Below, one piece after another: positions 25,018-37,184 of a stretch of DNA of 64,000 bases (the first letter of the stretch is position 1; each line of letters starts with the position of its first letter). The translations under genes were made by a program, and so were the position numbers. The notes beneath the pieces were generated by a model. The model worked only from the letters and a program-made list of their open reading frames with translations. It had not been told where the DNA came from and did not search any database. The DNA is from Perkinsus chesapeaki ATCC PRA-425. Taxonomy: Eukaryota; Protista; Perkinsozoa. Location: contig JAAPAO010000084.1 in the NCBI GenBank assembly GCA_013115145.1, positions 1-64,000 on the forward strand. The letters are read 5' to 3'.

Positions 25018-25917
25018 TCAGAACGCTTTCTTATTGGTAGAATAGCGTACGCCAGCAGCTCTCTGTTGAGCCCTATACGCTTCCAACCTGGCCTTCTGCA
25101 GTGCATCTTCTTGGGCCTTGGCCTCCTTTTGCTTCTCGCGCTTCCCTACGAATGGAAGATATAGACAAACACAATATATCGCAGCCGTGAGGTTTACGTC
25201 GATTCTTGGCGGCCTTTCTCTCGTCTGCTATCATTTGAGCATCTTTAGCTCTTTTGTGGCGCCGAGCTGCTACTGTGTAAAACGCGGTGTCCTCTGTCCC
25301 AGCGGCAGCTACAGGAGAATCCGGATACATCTCCGGTTCGGCAGCCTAAACAGGACACAACTCCGCAAATGTAAGCGGGCGCTGCCAACCTTTCGCTCTC
25401 GTTGTTTCTTCTCAACAGCTTCCCAGTCTTCCTCTGCTTCAGAATCGGACAACTCTTGCGTGGGCGGTGCAATTTCCACGCGCTCCGGCAGAGGCTCTTC
25501 CTCCTTCGGTGGTAAAGGGGCGTTTGGATCTTCTATGGCATCACCGTGCTTCCCTGTCTTGGCTCTGAAAGATAGCACCCCATTTCTACTTAAAAAGAGA
25601 ACCCCACATGCATAAATTGGCTTACTTAGTCTTCTTCTGTTTCTGCTGTTTTGATGGCTTCGCATGTTCTTCCTGTACATCCTTCACGGTGTTTTTCTTC
25701 GCCTTGGCCTTCTTGGATTTAGCAGGCCGGCTCGGCTTTGCTTCGGTCGCCTCGGTCGCATTATTATCAGATGGAGCTAAAGTACATTCAGAAGGACTAG
25801 TAGTCATCCTTTCGGTTCCGGTCTACTTTTTCCGCTATTGGTATAGACCAGGTAGGCGCCATAACCGGCGCCTGCTGCGAGGGCCCACGAAATAGCAGAT
25901 GAGATTATCCAGTGCAT
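25018..25917 (-). CDS. Hypothetical protein, N-terminal membrane anchor plus Lys/Glu-rich body
   Basis: MHWIISSAISWALAAGAGYGAYLVY, then GT-AG-linked exons EAKPSRPAKSKKAKAKK, EELSDSEAEEDWEAVEKK-type acidic stretch, ...YRAQQRAAGVRYSTNKKAF*. Confidence 0.6.
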
Positions 25918-26072
25918 GGTCGCTCGAACGAGGGAAAGAATAATGAACTCCCAATAGTAAAACAAACTGCGGCGATTGGAGCGCAGGAGATGAACTAAAT
26001 GCCGTAATTGTGAAAAAGAGTGAAACACATCGGCGCTCGTCATGGCAGCTCATGAGGGATAAAAGAAGGCCA

Positions 26073-29000
26073 CTAGCGCGGCTCTGTCATACAGCTGTTA
26101 GATGCTCGATCACACCATTTCCCATAAGGGCAGTCGTCATCAACTTTGCAGCAGCCTCCATTGTCGGAGCAGTGGATACCACAATTCGCACCTGACCATC
26201 GATGCTCATCATCTTTACTCTTCGTGCTGGCTTACCACTATAACCAGGAATACAAGTGCAGCTGCCAGTCTGTGTGAGGCCATCAGCGCTCACGTTACGG
26301 ACGCAGACACCTTGACCCGAACAGGGAACCTTCATAACGGTGATGTGGAGACAACGACCAACTGCATTGTGAAGGAAACCGGCTGCACTCACCTGGACCC
26401 AGGGCAGGAAGCTCGATGGCCCGCTAGGACATACACGATGACCGCAATGACAGGCTCTCTCGGGCTTGCCGAAATGGCTCTCGTACAGGCCCATAACTTC
26501 CTCGGATAACAGGGCGCCCCGCAGAAGCGTCACTGAATGTATGGCCCCGGAAAAGAAGTTATTGTGGGAATCGTCATGGAGGCCGACGATGCCTTCTAGA
26601 AGAGTACCAGTGAAGTTAGAAGCCGTCGAGAGATTCACGTACCTAAAAAATAAGAGTGAAACCGAAGCTAGCAAGGAATCGTGCTCTCACGCAGACGACC
26701 GAACGCCCATTATCAAGCGAGAATTGTTGTTCCATATCGAAGGGCTTGCCGAGGAGCTATTATAGGGCTGCCCGTATTTTTGACCGTTGCGGTAGAGAGT
26801 TATAATGTTTCCTCCGAATACAACGACGACTTGGACCTGGAAGACAATGCCAAGTGACGGCTCGGAATTGGCCGACAAGCTGTGTGGTGTTCTCCTTCGC
26901 GCCCAAGACGTCTCGGCTCCTGGTGTCTCCTTCGGATGCCAGCGACCATTCCCTAGGCTGCCTTAGACCGTATGTTATAGTGTCATATCTAAAACCATAT
27001 AGCGGCTACTACTGTCGTATGGTGTTCATCGGGAACACCTCAGGCCGCAGTTGGACGCATAGCAGTCCTCGATTCCAAAGACACCGCCGCCACCAGCGTG
27101 CTCGAGCAGGGTAAACTCTTTAACAGCGATAACGCGTAACCTCGAGTCGCCGTCCTCATAGCGATCAGGATGCCACATACGATCGCGGGCGCCACTCAGA
27201 TTGACACGGATGCAGCGGGCTTGGAAGTGTGTGGTCGTTGGAACGTAAAAAACGTATCTGGTAACGTACAAAAGGTCAATAACTTAATAAGGCAATACAC
27301 AAGCGGGATCTGTGACACTGTTCTGACCAAGACCTTAGCATAGGCTATAGATGTGGAGATAGCGATATGCCTAATGTGCTTACTCTTGGTTGTCTATAAT
27401 AGACTCAACTAGGTTAAATGATATGCAATCGGTGCTCTGATAGAGGTATATGTCTATGGCACGATAAAGGAACTCAAGGTAGATACCAGCTAAGTTGAAT
27501 AATTCAGAGAAATACACCTGACACGGTGTTCTCATTCGATACCCCACTGAGGAAAGTCCCACTGTAAAGACTGCATCCTCTACACCTTGTTTGGTGCTCC
27601 AGTAGGTCTCTCGGCTGCCGTCCAGGGCAGCTCCAGATGGGAAGGACCAAGTACCAGTCCGAGTCACACTATAATGCCAGCGAGCTAGATTCTGGAGAAC
27701 ACGGGTAAATTAGAGACAACCGACGCCCGCTGACCTGGTCGAGGCGAACATAGAGGTTTCTGATGGACATCCCTATCCTATTGGGCTCATTCGCGGCGTC
27801 ATCGAAAGGACGGACAAAGGATACCCTTAGGTAGCGCAACCTCACAAAGCCAGTGAACTGCTCTAGCTTCTCATCGAGATTCACTGGACCGATCACGCGT
27901 ATTTCTGAGGTGGCACAGAGAGTTGATTGGATAACCTCAGGAAGGCACCTGTCCAGGATACCGCATCCTCTGAGACCTCGAAAAACCTGTCACCGAGGGA
28001 AGCTGGCTGCATGCCCCACAGGCACCGGACCATGTCGACCGGGTAGACAGCGAGGAGGTCAAGAGTGATGGAGCCTGGTTCTTGGGGTGGCCCGGGGATT
28101 GACATCCACATGGTGGAGTTGTTCGGGGAGATCGCATTAGCTGGATCTACGGAAACAGAAAGTCTGGGCAAACAATAGCAGGTAGCCTGTAGCATTTCCC
28201 AACAAGTCCCACCAGGCTACCTCACCTGTAGTGAAAAGGTCAGAGGCCTCAGCGGTAGCCCCAGTCGGTTGCTGGTTGTCCTCTGCCCTCCAGACCTCAA
28301 TCTCCGCTATTCGGAATTGCGCTGCCAAAGGGTCTACGTTCTCGTGCATCCTCACCCAGATGCGTCGGGCAGGTCGAAGGAGCAAAACCTGTTCCTCGGC
28401 TAGAAAGGTGCTGTAGAAGCGTAGCGGACCTCGTTGATCTCGTCGGTGTTCTCAGTGAAGCTCATGACCTCCGTGTACTCTCCGCTTCGATCTTCCAGGT
28501 CCACCGAAAATCGTTTACAGATGTTCACAGAGTTCCAGCTGAGATTGCGCATGCTAGTGGAGCCGTGCGTCAGCGGTCTCACATAATGCGTATCTTTCCG
28601 ATCATAGCATCGGTTGCGGGCGAGCTAGACACGTAAGCTCGAATCCACGTCTCCAATGAACCAACATTCACCGAAAATTTCCTGAAAACAAGGTACAGTG
28701 TGGAAGGCCAACACAGTCCCTGGAGACGCACGAGGCGCTGAGGCCGTCGAATGCATAGAGAGGATGCTCCGTATAGTCGGAAGCCTCAAAACCGCCAAAG
28801 CAGCATCCGCTCCAACAAGTATTGGTTGTGCACTTTGTCCCAGGGGTATAAACCCTGAGGCTCCGGAGCGCTAAATACAGAAGCGAGGCACTTCTTGGCT
28901 TCGCAGCCTCATAATCTTACCCGTGAGCGGGACAGATTGATAGTTGTTGGATGCTTCCACGGTTACCCGGAACCTATCGCAGGTGAAGCCCTTTCTTAGG

Positions 29001-32000
29001 TACGTACTTTGCAGATTCCCGGTGATAGTGAGGCCGGTGAAAGAGTACTGCATGGACATCAATCGTAGAGCATTACCGAGTGCTCAACTCACTGGTGGAC
29101 TCCATGCAGCTTGGGCAAGGTTCCAGTAGTATATAGAGAACTCTCGAGGAGCCGCTAGCCACGTAAATAGTATTCCTGATACTTCAGTACCGGACCCTGG
29201 TGATGCAAATTCGAATGTGGCAGAAGGGGAAGCAGCTGCTCCAGGGTTTGGAATCCAGAAGGTCTGAACCAGAGCAGTGGAAGCCAAGGCTTGGCTACCG
29301 GACAAGACTACCCTCAGGGAACAACAATTTATATACCCGAGGCTCTACAAGTTTTCCTAGTGCGGATAAAAAACTGACAATTTGATAAAAAATATATTCC
29401 CTGTGAAGAGGATCTAATGCGTTTCCAACAACCAGTTGTTGGTCACGATGTTGTTGTCAACAGCTGCTCCTTTAGGGCTCCATGAATCGATTCCGAAGCC
29501 ACTAAACAACTGCCTACCGAGTCGAGATCGTCAAGAGCTTGATCTGGATAATACTCGGCTGCCGAAGCTTGAGTGTCAGACCATATACTCTTCCCAAGCT
29601 GCAGCTGTGTATCAAAGGTAACGTCCACACTGTAGATGCTATACAGCTTCGGTTGCCAAAGGCCATCTGCCTGGGAACCGGTTGTTGGAAGATGCCAGCG
29701 CACGCGGCTGGTACCGAAGCCAAGTCGTAAGCTCTCCGAGTCATCGATAGTTTAATGTAGTTCGCTTGGAAGTACTCGCTGATGACGACGGTTTTAGCAG
29801 TATTGCCGCGATGCTGCTTAAATAGGGACCAGCTGCTCTTGTCCAATGACAGGTAAACATCAAAATCTAGGGGCTCGTCACGGAACTAATGAAACAAAGG
29901 TTCCTAAGCGAAATTGGAGTGCGACGGTATCTTCACCTTGAAGACAACTCTCGACACAAAGTAGGGATGGAGGACCTTGGCCGTTGCTATGTCTCTCAAG
30001 GTGATGATAAGATCGGCCTCGTTAGCATCCACCTCGCTCACCCAAAAGGTCGAATCCACCCTGAGCCCATATCAAGTCGCACTATACCCAACCAACGCAC
30101 CCGTCGACAGCCTTGGAAGCCGAATGATCCCAGTGGGCATTTGAAACCGCACTGGCGCCCCGATTGCTAAGTGCAAGGTTTCCTGACTGGTAAACCTCGA
30201 AAGCTTCCAATCGGTATTCAGTGGAAAATGTATCTATACTCGGCCGTGTATTCGGGCGCAGTGAAAGGCTACTTTCCGCTAGCTCCGCAGGCAGCCTCAA
30301 AGTGAACATCAAATGCAGCGCAGGTCGCGTCGTGAACTTGATAACAATACTGCTGTCTTTGTTGAGGTCAGTCGTATAGACTGTAAGAGAGCTCCAGTCA
30401 CAGTCACTCACAATCGGCTCGAGGCATATTCCTAGGGTGTAGGCGCGCGGGAATGAAGAGGCCTCAAAGATGGCACGGACACCCCAGACATCCTCAACGT
30501 TAGCGAGGGTGACTTGAAGGTAGTGCACTCCTTCGGCATCAAGGGTTCGAGCAGCCGAGGCTGCAACACCATCAAGAGCAAACTGAGCTCCGATGAGCGA
30601 ACTCTCATAGATGGCTTGGAAGGCCGCATCGGCTCGTTTGACTTCAATCTCCGCGATTCTCACCAAGCCATCTGGAGGACCGGCTTTGAAGGTCACCCGG
30701 ATGCACTGCAGACAGCCGTGGGTTACCGAAAGATACACACCCTCGGTCGAAGGGAAGCTCGGGGCCTGAGCGCGATCAGCATGGTTTGCCATTAAGACCA
30801 GACAACTGCCATGCTGCACCTGGTTGGCATTCCCCGGTCCATAAGACTCGCCAGGATCAGAATAATCGGCGCAATCCGAGCTTCCTTGTATAACGAACTC
30901 TCCCGCTGTGTAAGCTTGCGCTCCGAACCACAAAATGACCTTCGAAAGATTGACGCAAGAGCCGAGGTCCAAGGTGTATGTTGGTTGCTGCGAGGCGGGA
31001 ACGTCTGTATACCAGAACCTATGCGATAAGGAGCTTTGAAATCAGCGAATATGGAAGCGCGCACGTCTCCAAGTCACCGTCAACTGCAAGGGAGGTATCT
31101 GCCGACGGAGCTGTTATCTGTGTTGCCAATGGCGTGCTTGTAATAGCTATGTTGTCGAACGCTGAGTACGCCTCAATAGCGGCAAGGCCCATTATCTGAT
31201 GCAAGATGTATCGACCGTTCGTAGCGCAAATAGCTGTCCCCAGCACACAACTGTACCCAGTCATCTCCTGCTCTGTCGACCATGCTGTCCTTCATTAGTG
31301 TCACTCTTAAGAAACGACGATAAAACGTACCAAAGGCCCGGATGCGCATGGCGAAGTAATAGTTGAACGGATCGATCTTCACTATGCGACCAGAAGGGCA
31401 GGAGTACTCAATGGCATCTTCAGTGCTCAGGAGCCCGAGGTCGCCCAGCGCCGGGCTCCAGAAGCAGCTGTCCCTCCAAGACTCCGTCGCCCCATCTCGG
31501 AGCTGAACACGGAATGCAGCCGACCGGTAGCTTAACCTCAGATGCACGACGTCGATTGGGAGCCTGGCGTTCAAGTCGACGATGATGCCAAAATCTGTAA
31601 CATCTGAGACAGCACCGGTTGCGGACACACCGGTGATGCTGAGGTACGAAGGTTGCCTAGCGCCGTACGGCACACGGAAGTCTGTGGAATCGTCACCATC
31701 GATTGCATGAATAGGGTCGCCTCTGGTGACAAAGATGCCTTCACCTGCCTCAGCGGCCAGCCAAGAGGTACCGGCAACGTAGTTATAAGTAGAATCCAAA
31801 CCAAGCGCCAGATTCGAGGTTAACCCGAAGATTCTGACCTCCACCACACCTGCGGTGGCCGCATTGGAGTGGGGCTGCTCTATCACCAGCTTCACCTTCT
31901 GAATCGGCGCGTGAGACTTGTAAGTGAACGGGTTCGGGTTGCTGACCGTGTTCTGAGTAGCCGAGTAGATCTCTCTGTAGGAGAGGCCATTGTCCATGGA

Positions 32001-35000
32001 GATCAGCCAGCTAAAGGAGCGTGCCGGAAAAGCCGGATCCAGTTGAACCTCGAAGCGCCCTAAGGAGACCCCAGCACCAGTGGCGGCTGCCACATCCATG
32101 ACAATAGCGTCTGAGACCCCCATGATAAAGGAAGCGTTAGTCAGGTTGTCCACGGCCAATGAGGGATCGGCACACGGTACAAGAGTACGCTCGTTGATGC
32201 ACGTAAGGTTATGTGGGTACACCAGATTGCTGGCAAGGTTGGCATCTGTCCAGGCGTAGAGCTCAACTTCGGCAATTTGGAGGATCGACGAGGAATAATA
32301 AGGGGCGCCTTGGGACACCGCAAGTTGGAAATGGCGAAGGGAGAGTCCACCAGGGATGTGGTCAAACGGGAGCTCCATGCTTTGGACCGTTGAAACTGAA
32401 AGTGGCCTGTAGAATCATCGACAGTGCGAAGCCTACCGGTGTCACAAGTGCTGGTAGAGCAAGCCAGTGGGGACCAGCTTGAGCCGTCACTGCTGTAGGA
32501 GAAGTCCACCGCGCCAGGAACGTAACCTTTTCTGAATCTTACTCGGATCAAGCTCACTGCGGTCCGGATTTGGCCCAAATCAACCCGCAACCAAGCAGAG
32601 TCCTGCCCAGGCTGCGCGCTCCACCAAGTGTGGTCGTCACCGTCAAACGCGTAGGCTGGTGGGTAGTTCCATCGATTAACAAAGCTAACTGGCTTAAGTC
32701 TCGCGATGTTAGTGTCCAGCTTAACCTCGACCTCGCGTATACTGTACACGAACAGGTTGGCACTCGGTCCCGGCCCGCGGACAGTAGCTGCCCTATGCAT
32801 GCTGATACGGAGCATCTCAGCTGCGAAGAAAACTGTACTGGTGGTAGTGTTGAGTGAATTGTCCTCATAAGTGTCAACAATCGTCCATGATGATCCACCA
32901 TCAAGAGATACTTCTATATCGAAATCCAATGGTCTATGAAACCAATGGATCACAGTTTCCTCAGCGTAGATGGTGCCGTTGAAGTCGACCTCCCAAGTAG
33001 CCTCGAAATTTCGAACCACGCTCACGTGGCTCGACCAATAAGTACTCATGTCGCCGTCAACAGCCATCTCCGAGGCATAGGCCTCGCTCCACTCCGAAGT
33101 CACCGTAGAAGTGGTAGAGTTTTTCACACCAAGATTCGTCACCTCTTCGCTGCTGTTAACGGTTACCCAGACCTCCAGTGTCTTGTCAGCCAACTGGCCC
33201 CAGGCAGCCGGCAGCGGGTCAGTGTAGGCCCACTGCTTTTGTTCCTTGTCCAAGATCATAGCGCCACCCACTATCGGCGCACCGTTTTCAATGTGGCAGC
33301 CCAAGCCGGAGCCGAGGGAGTCGTGGCAACCGGTAGTGTCGTTGAAGACAAATCTCGCCAGTTTGGTGTAGCACTTGTCCCGACTGGTGAGCTCACAGAT
33401 GGCATTGATACACTCGAGGCCGTCATACCACACAGTGTTGTTAATCGCGGAAAATCTCGATAGGACTTGGGAGGGCAAAGTGTTCATCGCCAGCAAGTTA
33501 GGAGCGCACACCGCGCCGACCTCGGTGAAGTCCCGGCCGGGACACTCGGTCAGAAAGTGCGTGGCGACACCGTTGAAGAGGTCGGTTGTGTTCTCGAAGA
33601 GCGGCGGAAGGGAGACTGCCAACTCCTGGCATGCCGACCACGGGTCATTGCCGGCGTTGATGGCCGAGTAGGCGCATTCCTTCAGCTGGTTCCTGTAGAA
33701 ATAGTTGAGCTCCAACCTGTAGAAAAGAGCCGGTGCAAGTGGAACAGCTGACACCCGAAATGCTACAACTTGGGTCCTGCAAACATGCACGTTGCACAGC
33801 TCTGCCCAGCGGGCCAATGGAGGAACGGCACTCGAGTCGGCGGGCCACACTGGTACTTGCAGAACTCCGCATCGTATAGCGAAAGGCAATCAAAGCACTC
33901 CTGAGGAACAGTGATCCTGCCAGGCTCGTTATAAGGAGTATTGGCAGTCGTAATATGCTAACCTGTCTAGTTCGCTGCAGTGTCCTCAGTAGGAATACGG
34001 CATGAGACTGCATCTGCCCGCGAACGTTCAAGTAGTTATTGACGCCATCACCCATATCTTTGCAATCACACGTGTCACCCTTAACCTCTCCATTGCCCGG
34101 CAGCCCATTCCCATCAGCCCAATACAAGAATTGCGGCTTAGGTGTTACCTGAAATGAAGGTGAATTTCTTGGTGCATTGAAGATATGTTCCACATTCAAG
34201 CAAGAGGTCAGGCCATTCGACCTTCCTCGACAACCTCGTACTCTGCCAGGCAGCAATCGGTGAATGCCTAGCACTTACCTGCGGTGCCGTGGGGTATCCG
34301 ATTCGGTAGACCTGATAAGCTCTACTACACGTCCCAGCTTTATAAACATAACCACAGTGACTATCGTACTTGCACCCTGAGAAATTCTTGCGCGCCAGGA
34401 AATAAAAGACGGCCACCAACCTCGACACACCGAGTGCTTCTGGTATTGCAGCAGTGGCCTGCCCTCATTCAGCCCACCGACCGGCGGCAGCTGCCTCCAG
34501 GGGTCGGCAGTCACAGCGAAGGACGAGTCCAGGGCGTCCCACGTCATCTGGGAGGCCTCCAAACATGTGCACGTGAAGCCATACCGCTCGCCGCAGCGCT
34601 CTTGGTGGAACACAGAGTACATGTTCTGCATAGCAAAGACTCGAGTGCAGTAATCACAGTTGCACTGGGCAAAGTAGAGACGATAAGGGTTATAGCGGTG
34701 CTCCATCACGCAGTAATGAAAGAGGGAGCGCTTCTTGAAGGAAACCTACATACGAGGAGATGGATGGTGAGCTTATCTGGCATCCGAATATACAACGGCG
34801 GCGGTGAGGTCCATTACGCTACCGGCTTAAAAATGGTTGCCGAAGATTTCATCCCAAATGATAAGATACGCTTCTTCGTAACAAGAATCCATGGATGGCG
34901 CATGCAAACTTTGTGAAGGCGGTTCGAGTGACCGAGGGTTCGAGTGAGGCCTTCAGTTGGCCGTCCCTTACCGTTCCAGCGCCGGTGGCGATATTGAGCA

Positions 35001-37079
35001 GATGCGTGTCATCGACCTTGACGCTCCGTGTTCCATCTTGGCTCGTAATGACCAGCGCTCCCAGTGAGTTGGTGAAACGGAACTCCTTCTGGCAGCCCAG
35101 GAAATAGGGGTGCATCTGGTCCCATTCCAGGAGACCATTCCGGCACGGCCGACTCCTATAGGACTTCACCGAGCTTAAGGCAGATTGACCGGCTGTAGCT
35201 TCATTGGTACCGTTCCGCAACAGGGCGTCTGTGTATATAGCGGAGACTTCAACAGCGGTACGACCAACATTCTGAATTACGATGGCGCAGTGCCTGCCAC
35301 GGAGCCATCGGCGAACAGGGATTTATGACGCCTTACGTATTGCCAGAAATCCCAGTGCATGACTGGAGGGTGTCAAGAGGCCTCTGCTCGTTATCACAGA
35401 CAGCCACGCCGCTCGAAACAACGCCCTTCCGCCCAACCCCGCTGACAGCACCAACAAGTTCGCTGTAGTCTCCACCTGGACACCTATCGTGCGTCCTCAA
35501 TTTCCAACTTAGTATCGTTGGAGCAGCAAATTGCTCCACATCAGTGGCGGCCACGAAGCCCACCCAGGCATTGCCGGGCCTCGGATCATCTTCCCCTTTG
35601 GTCACATTCGGGTGCTCATACGTCTGCACGCCATCAGCTCGTACCACCTTCGCCAAGTCGACCAATGTGTTGATAACCAGCTGACCATTAATTTCCACAC
35701 TCAGAGCCCCAACTCTGCCATTAACCCAGTTCTCCAGTGCATATAGCTGCTGGCTTCCCCCTATAAAATCAGTGGACCAGCCAGTGAAGGGTCTGTCCCA
35801 TCGGGGCTCGCCGTTCTGCACGTCGTAGCGTATCGTCACTTTATGCGTGCCATTCCTCAGCTGTGGTAAACGGTCGCCAGTCGCCTCCGCCAGCATGTTC
35901 ACAGCGTGGTCACCCGAGTTCGCCGTTTCGCCCTCATTTGCCTGCTTCGCCCACGGCACCATCACCGCAACATGATTCCAGGTCGCGTCGTTCGAACCCG
36001 CGTCAAAAAAGAAGTCAAATTCCACCGCCAAGTTTCGCGCAAAGCTGTAGCCCAACTGTCCGGCTTCCGAGCCTGCTATCTTCGCTTCCAGAGACGGCGG
36101 ACTGCCTTCATTCTGGACCACGAAAGCGAAGCCTCGGCCACCTTGTGGCATGCACCACCGTCGGCCTTCACTTGTTGGTGCCGATATCGGACAGTACAGT
36201 GAGGCGTGGAGCACCGTAAAGTAGAAAGTAGTCTCGAAGCCATAGGCGACCGCTTGCTTCTCCTTGAAAAATACACCTCCGTACCGCTCTGGTTTCGGAG
36301 ACACTAGGCGTGCACCATACACGCAGATCTAAGTGCAACGGATGTGTCCAGGGGAGGCCGAGGCCTCACCTGAGGCCTGCTATGTGGCAGAGGATCCAGG
36401 CCACCGTCCGGGACCCAATCGGTCGTTCGACATACGTACGTATACGATTTATTAACGACCTTCCCTGCCTGGGAGCTGTCCAAGTAGGCAAAGGCGTTCG
36501 GGTGTGTGGGAGGGCATGGGCCCTGATAGACGTTAATTTGCCGGGGCGCCAACGGCTCATCTGTTCTGAGAAACATGTGTATGCTATGGCTCCTGTTTTC
36601 AAGACTACGAGATTCCACTATAAATAAGCTCAAAGCTCCAGGGCAAGCTGGAGTTCAGGTGCCATCCCCATTTCTAGTATGAGAGTAACCTGGCCTTTGC
36701 CTACCCGTTATCAGTTGGTGCGGCATAGAAGCCAGTGCCAGTAGAAGGAAACGAAACGCTGACTTACCGCATCTGCTGAAAGCGGAAGTAGTCGGGTGAT
36801 CTCGGCTGCGTCCGAGAGTCGTCTATCACTTGTGCCATCGCCGTATCGTTGCAATATTCCTCTTGGAATTCCGTGGAGAAAAAGCCGATCTGAAAAGGTT
36901 AAATGAGATACTAAAAATGGCAGCTTGAATCCCACCTCGGCGTCCAGCAAGACGTGCATCCCTGTCAAACTGCCGGTCGGATCCACCCGGAAGCGATCAA
37001 TGTCGATATCGCTGCGCACGATAGTGGCGCTAATCAACAATAGGAGGATTAGGCTCCATTGGGGTAGCATAAGTAACAC
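26073..37079 (-). CDS. Giant secreted multi-lectin protein: signal peptide, L-type lectin, split LamG-like domain enclosing tandem F5/8-type-C repeats, EGF-like/Cys-rich C-terminus
   Basis: Signal LILLLLISATIVRS; legume-lectin motifs (FETTFYF, GGRGFAFVVQN, LAVEFD, NHVAV; ORF 35333-36322); repeated AxDGD..T.W motifs (AVDGDMSTYW, AFDGDDHTWW, AIDGDDSTDF, AVDGDLET, ALDGSRETYW); CSGQGVC...CTCIPGYSG EGF-like; stop at 26073; no TM segment seen. Confidence 0.8.
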
Positions 37080-37184
37080 GGACGCCTTCTCATAGGCATA
37101 TAATATGCCGAGGGGCCGACCTCAAGGCGAACAACACAATTGCAATGGAAACGTAATTGTTCTGGTAAATATAGCTCCACTAGT

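Noticed and set aside
35033-35044. SL-like CCATCTTGGCTC
   Set aside because: Antisense to a coding exon (SQDGT) and lacks the terminal AAG.
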